Under the pieces are notes generated by a model. It ran no database searches, had not been told where the DNA came from, and was given only the letters and a program-made list of their open reading frames with translations. Positions 60,906 through 64,000 of a stretch of 64,000 bases of DNA are shown in pieces. Location of the stretch: NCBI GenBank assembly GCA_965213685.1, contig CBDBZY010000051.1, positions 32,001 to 96,000 of the forward strand, written 5' to 3'. The stretch's first letter is position 1; each line of letters begins with the position of its first letter. Made by a program: the position numbers and the translations under genes. The DNA is from a bacterium. Its GTDB lineage: Bacteria; UBA8248.

Positions 60906-62506
60906 ATGCATCTCACCTCGCTGCACTGGAGCAGGGCGCTGGCCTGGATCTTCCCTACCATGATCCTGTCCTCCTACGCCATACAGTCTTGTATGCTGAA
61001 CGATGCGGAGCTGCTAAAGCAGAGACGGCTACGCACGCTGAGGAACAGCATCCTGGCGCAGTTAGGGATCAGCGAGCCTCCAACCGACATCGCCACTGAG
61101 CCGCTACCGGGAGAAGAATCCATGAAGGACACGTTCAATGCCCTGCGTAGCGCGAGTGCCAGTCTCGAGCGGGAGAACGAAAGACGCTGCCATTCTGAAG
61201 ACTTCTACGCTAAACCAGTCACCACGTTTGTCGGAACATCGTCAGACGGTAAGATACACAAATCGCTCTGCATGAGGTGCGCCCTGCAGTGAGCTACTAG
61301 CTAATGGCGGAGGAACGTATAGCAAGCGCAGCAGCCAACGGACGTTCTTACGTTACATGCAATTCCACAACATCCTCCGTTGTGAGCATGTTTTGTTGCC
61401 TCCACAGAAGCACTATAAAATGCCTGCACGGAGCTGTTGCCCTTTCAGTGGGAAATGTAACATCTGCTAAATGTAATTTGTAGTGTATGCGAATTAGCTA
61501 TAGGCTATCCTCTCAAGTACAGACAAGCACTTAACACATAGTTAAGTCTGAGTGGCTCTCAGCAGCTAACCAGGTAAAGGGGTGTGTGATTGCTGTCAGC
61601 ATCCTGTCTCTCTTCCATCCCTCTACAGAAGTGGTCTACACTGCTAGGGCACGACGAGATGTTGGCAGCACTGACCCTCAGATGAACAATCTCCTCAACA
61701 GCTACTTCATCAACTTCAACTTCTCCCTTTCTGATAACCTCTCTGATGTGTCTCGTGCAGACCTTCTCCTCTACCAGCAGGACTCTGTCCGGCCAGACAC
61801 TGTGGTCAAGGACCGCAAACAGTACGTTGAGATCAGGACCATACTAGCATCCCTCAATCAGAGGTTTGTGGTGGAAGGGAAGTACATTGACGTGTTTGAG
61901 ACCGGCTATCAGGTATTTGAGATCACCTCAGCCGTCAAACTGTGGATTGCCAAAGGACTCAATGGTCCTGTAACACTGGAGGTGAATGTGTTCTGTTACA
62001 GTTCCCTTAACTGCAGCCAGTCAGAAGGAGATCTGAAGCCGGCCAGTGTTTCCTTCCTGCCCTCCCCATCTGATTTGTACAAGGCCCCTCGAATCATCAC
62101 TGTCTCCAAGAACCCTTTGGATGTGCAGCATCAACAGCGACAGAAGAGGAACACGGAACAGCTGACAGGAGTGGGAACCTGCCACGTCAATCAGTCAACA
62201 TGCTGCCTACAGCACTTAGAACTCAGCTTTCGTGATGATCTGGGGCTGGATTTCATCATCCTCCCTGTCAATTTCACGGCCAACTATTGTGAGGGAGTGT
62301 GTCCTGAGATGACAGGAGGCCAACTGATGACTCCTCACATCTTTGAACTATTCAGCAGACTGCCCGAGACAAATCCGGGCAGCTCTGTGGAGCCATGCTG
62401 CACAGGGAACCAATACAAGCCTCTGGAAATTCTCATGCAAAGGGAAGGCGAGTATGTCATAGAAGAGTTGTCTCATGTGACTGTTCTTTCATGTCGCTGC
62501 ACTTAA
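60906..62506 (+). CDS. TGF-beta superfamily ligand precursor, copy 2 (2 exons: about 60906-61248 and 61629-62506)
   Basis: Near-identical paralogue of copy 1 with the same intron position and cysteine pattern. Confidence 0.92.
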
Positions 62507-63606
62507 CCTGCCACAGTCACATTCTCCCCTTCTCAGTGCATGTAGATCACCCCCACATCATCAACCAATCAATCATTTTCTAATTTACAATTTTCACATT
62601 CCTTATGTATAAAAAATTGTCACTTGTAGCTCTTCATCCTGATAATACATGAGTCAGATAATACAATGAGTTATGTATATAAACACACTCTTGGTCTACT
62701 GTACAACTAATGAGTAAGACTGCACAAGAGAGCCCAATAGAATAGAAATGTAGCAGTAGCTATATACTGAGCAGATGGTGGAGACAGTACACATAATGAA
62801 CACAAGTACAGGTCAAGGCATTACAATGTGGTGTGGGACTGAGCTAGAGAGTTAGTTAAGAGTATAATATGATCAGAATATGAGAAACTGCTGCGCTGTT
62901 GTGGAGGGAGGGGCACTAGGGTTTCTGGTTGCTGACAACTGGAGAGTTGTGGGAGTGGTTGGCTGAAGCTTCCTGTGCAAAGTAACCTGGGGGGACAGAG
63001 TGGAGAAGTAGCAAATGTACAGCACTAGGTTCTTTTTGTCTTTTTGAAACCATGTGAGCAGACCAAAGGCTACTGCGTGGTGTCTGCAGCTATATAGCAG
63101 GAAAGCATTCACACAGGCTTGAACTTGGCAAGTGCCTAGTCCTCAAAGGAAAGCTACATTTCAAAGGAGGACTTGCAAAGTGTTTGGCCAAACCACATCA
63201 GCCTATGATTTTACTGTACCACAAATGACTTCCCTCTCCCTCCCTCTCTCTCTCTCCCTCTCCTCCTCCCTCTCCCTCTCCCTCTCCCTTTCCTCTCTCT
63301 TCTTCTGCCTCCTCTCCCTCCCATACTAGCCTCTCACAAACACACCCAAAGAGCCATGCCACACTGAGTGGCTTCCCAGCACAACTGGGAGGGTGTGGAG
63401 GGTGAGGGGCGTGAGGGGTGAGGGTGAGGGTGAGTAAGGAGGGGCAAAGAACGACACACAAATTACTGGGCTGGACAGGAAGGGCAGGGTGGACATCTGT
63501 TGGAGAGTCTATAGCTAATTGCATTTGTCTCAGTTTTGTCCACACAATGTGGTCAACATCCCCAATAAGCCCAGAGGCAGGTCATAATGACAGTTGGTGT
63601 GCACAG

Positions 63607-64000
63607 CTACTTTTGATGCAAATCAAGTGCTGTCAGCAGGCGTGGGTGAGTCAGTGGGTGAGTCAGTGGGTGAGTCAGCGAGCTGAGAGGTTGTTGTGCC
63701 GCTGACCTTGAACAGACCGCATAAATGCCTTCATCTTGTCCAACATGAACTGAGGAACATGGAATTCTTGCAATTTCTTTACTGCACAGTAGACATCTTC
63801 ATTGTCTCTGGAAAGAGAGGAGGGGGGAGGGGAGGAAGGAGGCAAGGAAGTGGGGAGGGGGGAGGGGGGGGAGCAAAGGGGAGAACATGAAACTTATTAT
63901 TGATCAGAAATAGGACACAAAACTAGCAGCACATCCCGCCTGGCAGACGCTGGTGGACACAACCAGGAATGGCATGTGTGGTCTGTAACTCACTTGTAAC
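63607..64000 (-). CDS. 3' exons of an unidentified gene continuing beyond the right edge
   Basis: An AG/GT-bounded exon at about 63707-63807 reads DNEDVYCAVKKLQEFHVPQFMLDKMKAFMRSVQ, probably followed by ALDLHQK*. A donor GTGAGT lies near 63993. Confidence 0.4.

Noticed and set aside
62873-63545. Short ORFs at the right end
   Set aside because: They show no homology or coherent splice pattern and are probably UTR or intergenic sequence.

Overview
Gene-dense eukaryotic (animal) genomic DNA. Short introns are often filled with CA/GT, GA and G/C-run microsatellites. The architecture and TGF-beta content are consistent with an early-branching metazoan such as a demosponge (inference, not proven). 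About 21 spliced or intronless protein genes can be reconstructed by eye: an NhaC-family antiporter-like gene, ODR4, LUC7L3, a short astrin/SPAG5-C-terminus-like coiled-coil gene, SIRT4, NIF3L1, MED23, CWC25, TTC28, PRPF8, serine dehydratase, SBDS, MOCS3, FBXW8, a small Tim, CDK2AP1, PPM1E/F, ATP6V0B, UXT and two tandem TGF-beta ligands. The main points of interest are: (i) the intronless SIRT4 ORF appears to sit inside a same-strand 5'UTR intron of NIF3L1, so one transcription unit could yield either protein depending on splicing; (ii) head-to-head gene pairs have only 47-144 bp between start codons; (iii) there are three U12-type introns, and MOCS3 has two of them plus two GC-AG introns; (iv) there is a 657-bp TA-flanked MITE in PRPF8 and a 40-bp palindromic micro-element with a 7-bp target-site duplication; (v) one minisatellite is built from an exon end plus its splice donor; (vi) the TGF-beta paralogues have near-identical exons but unalignable introns. 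Exon boundaries were inferred manually and gene names come from recalled homology, not from database searches.
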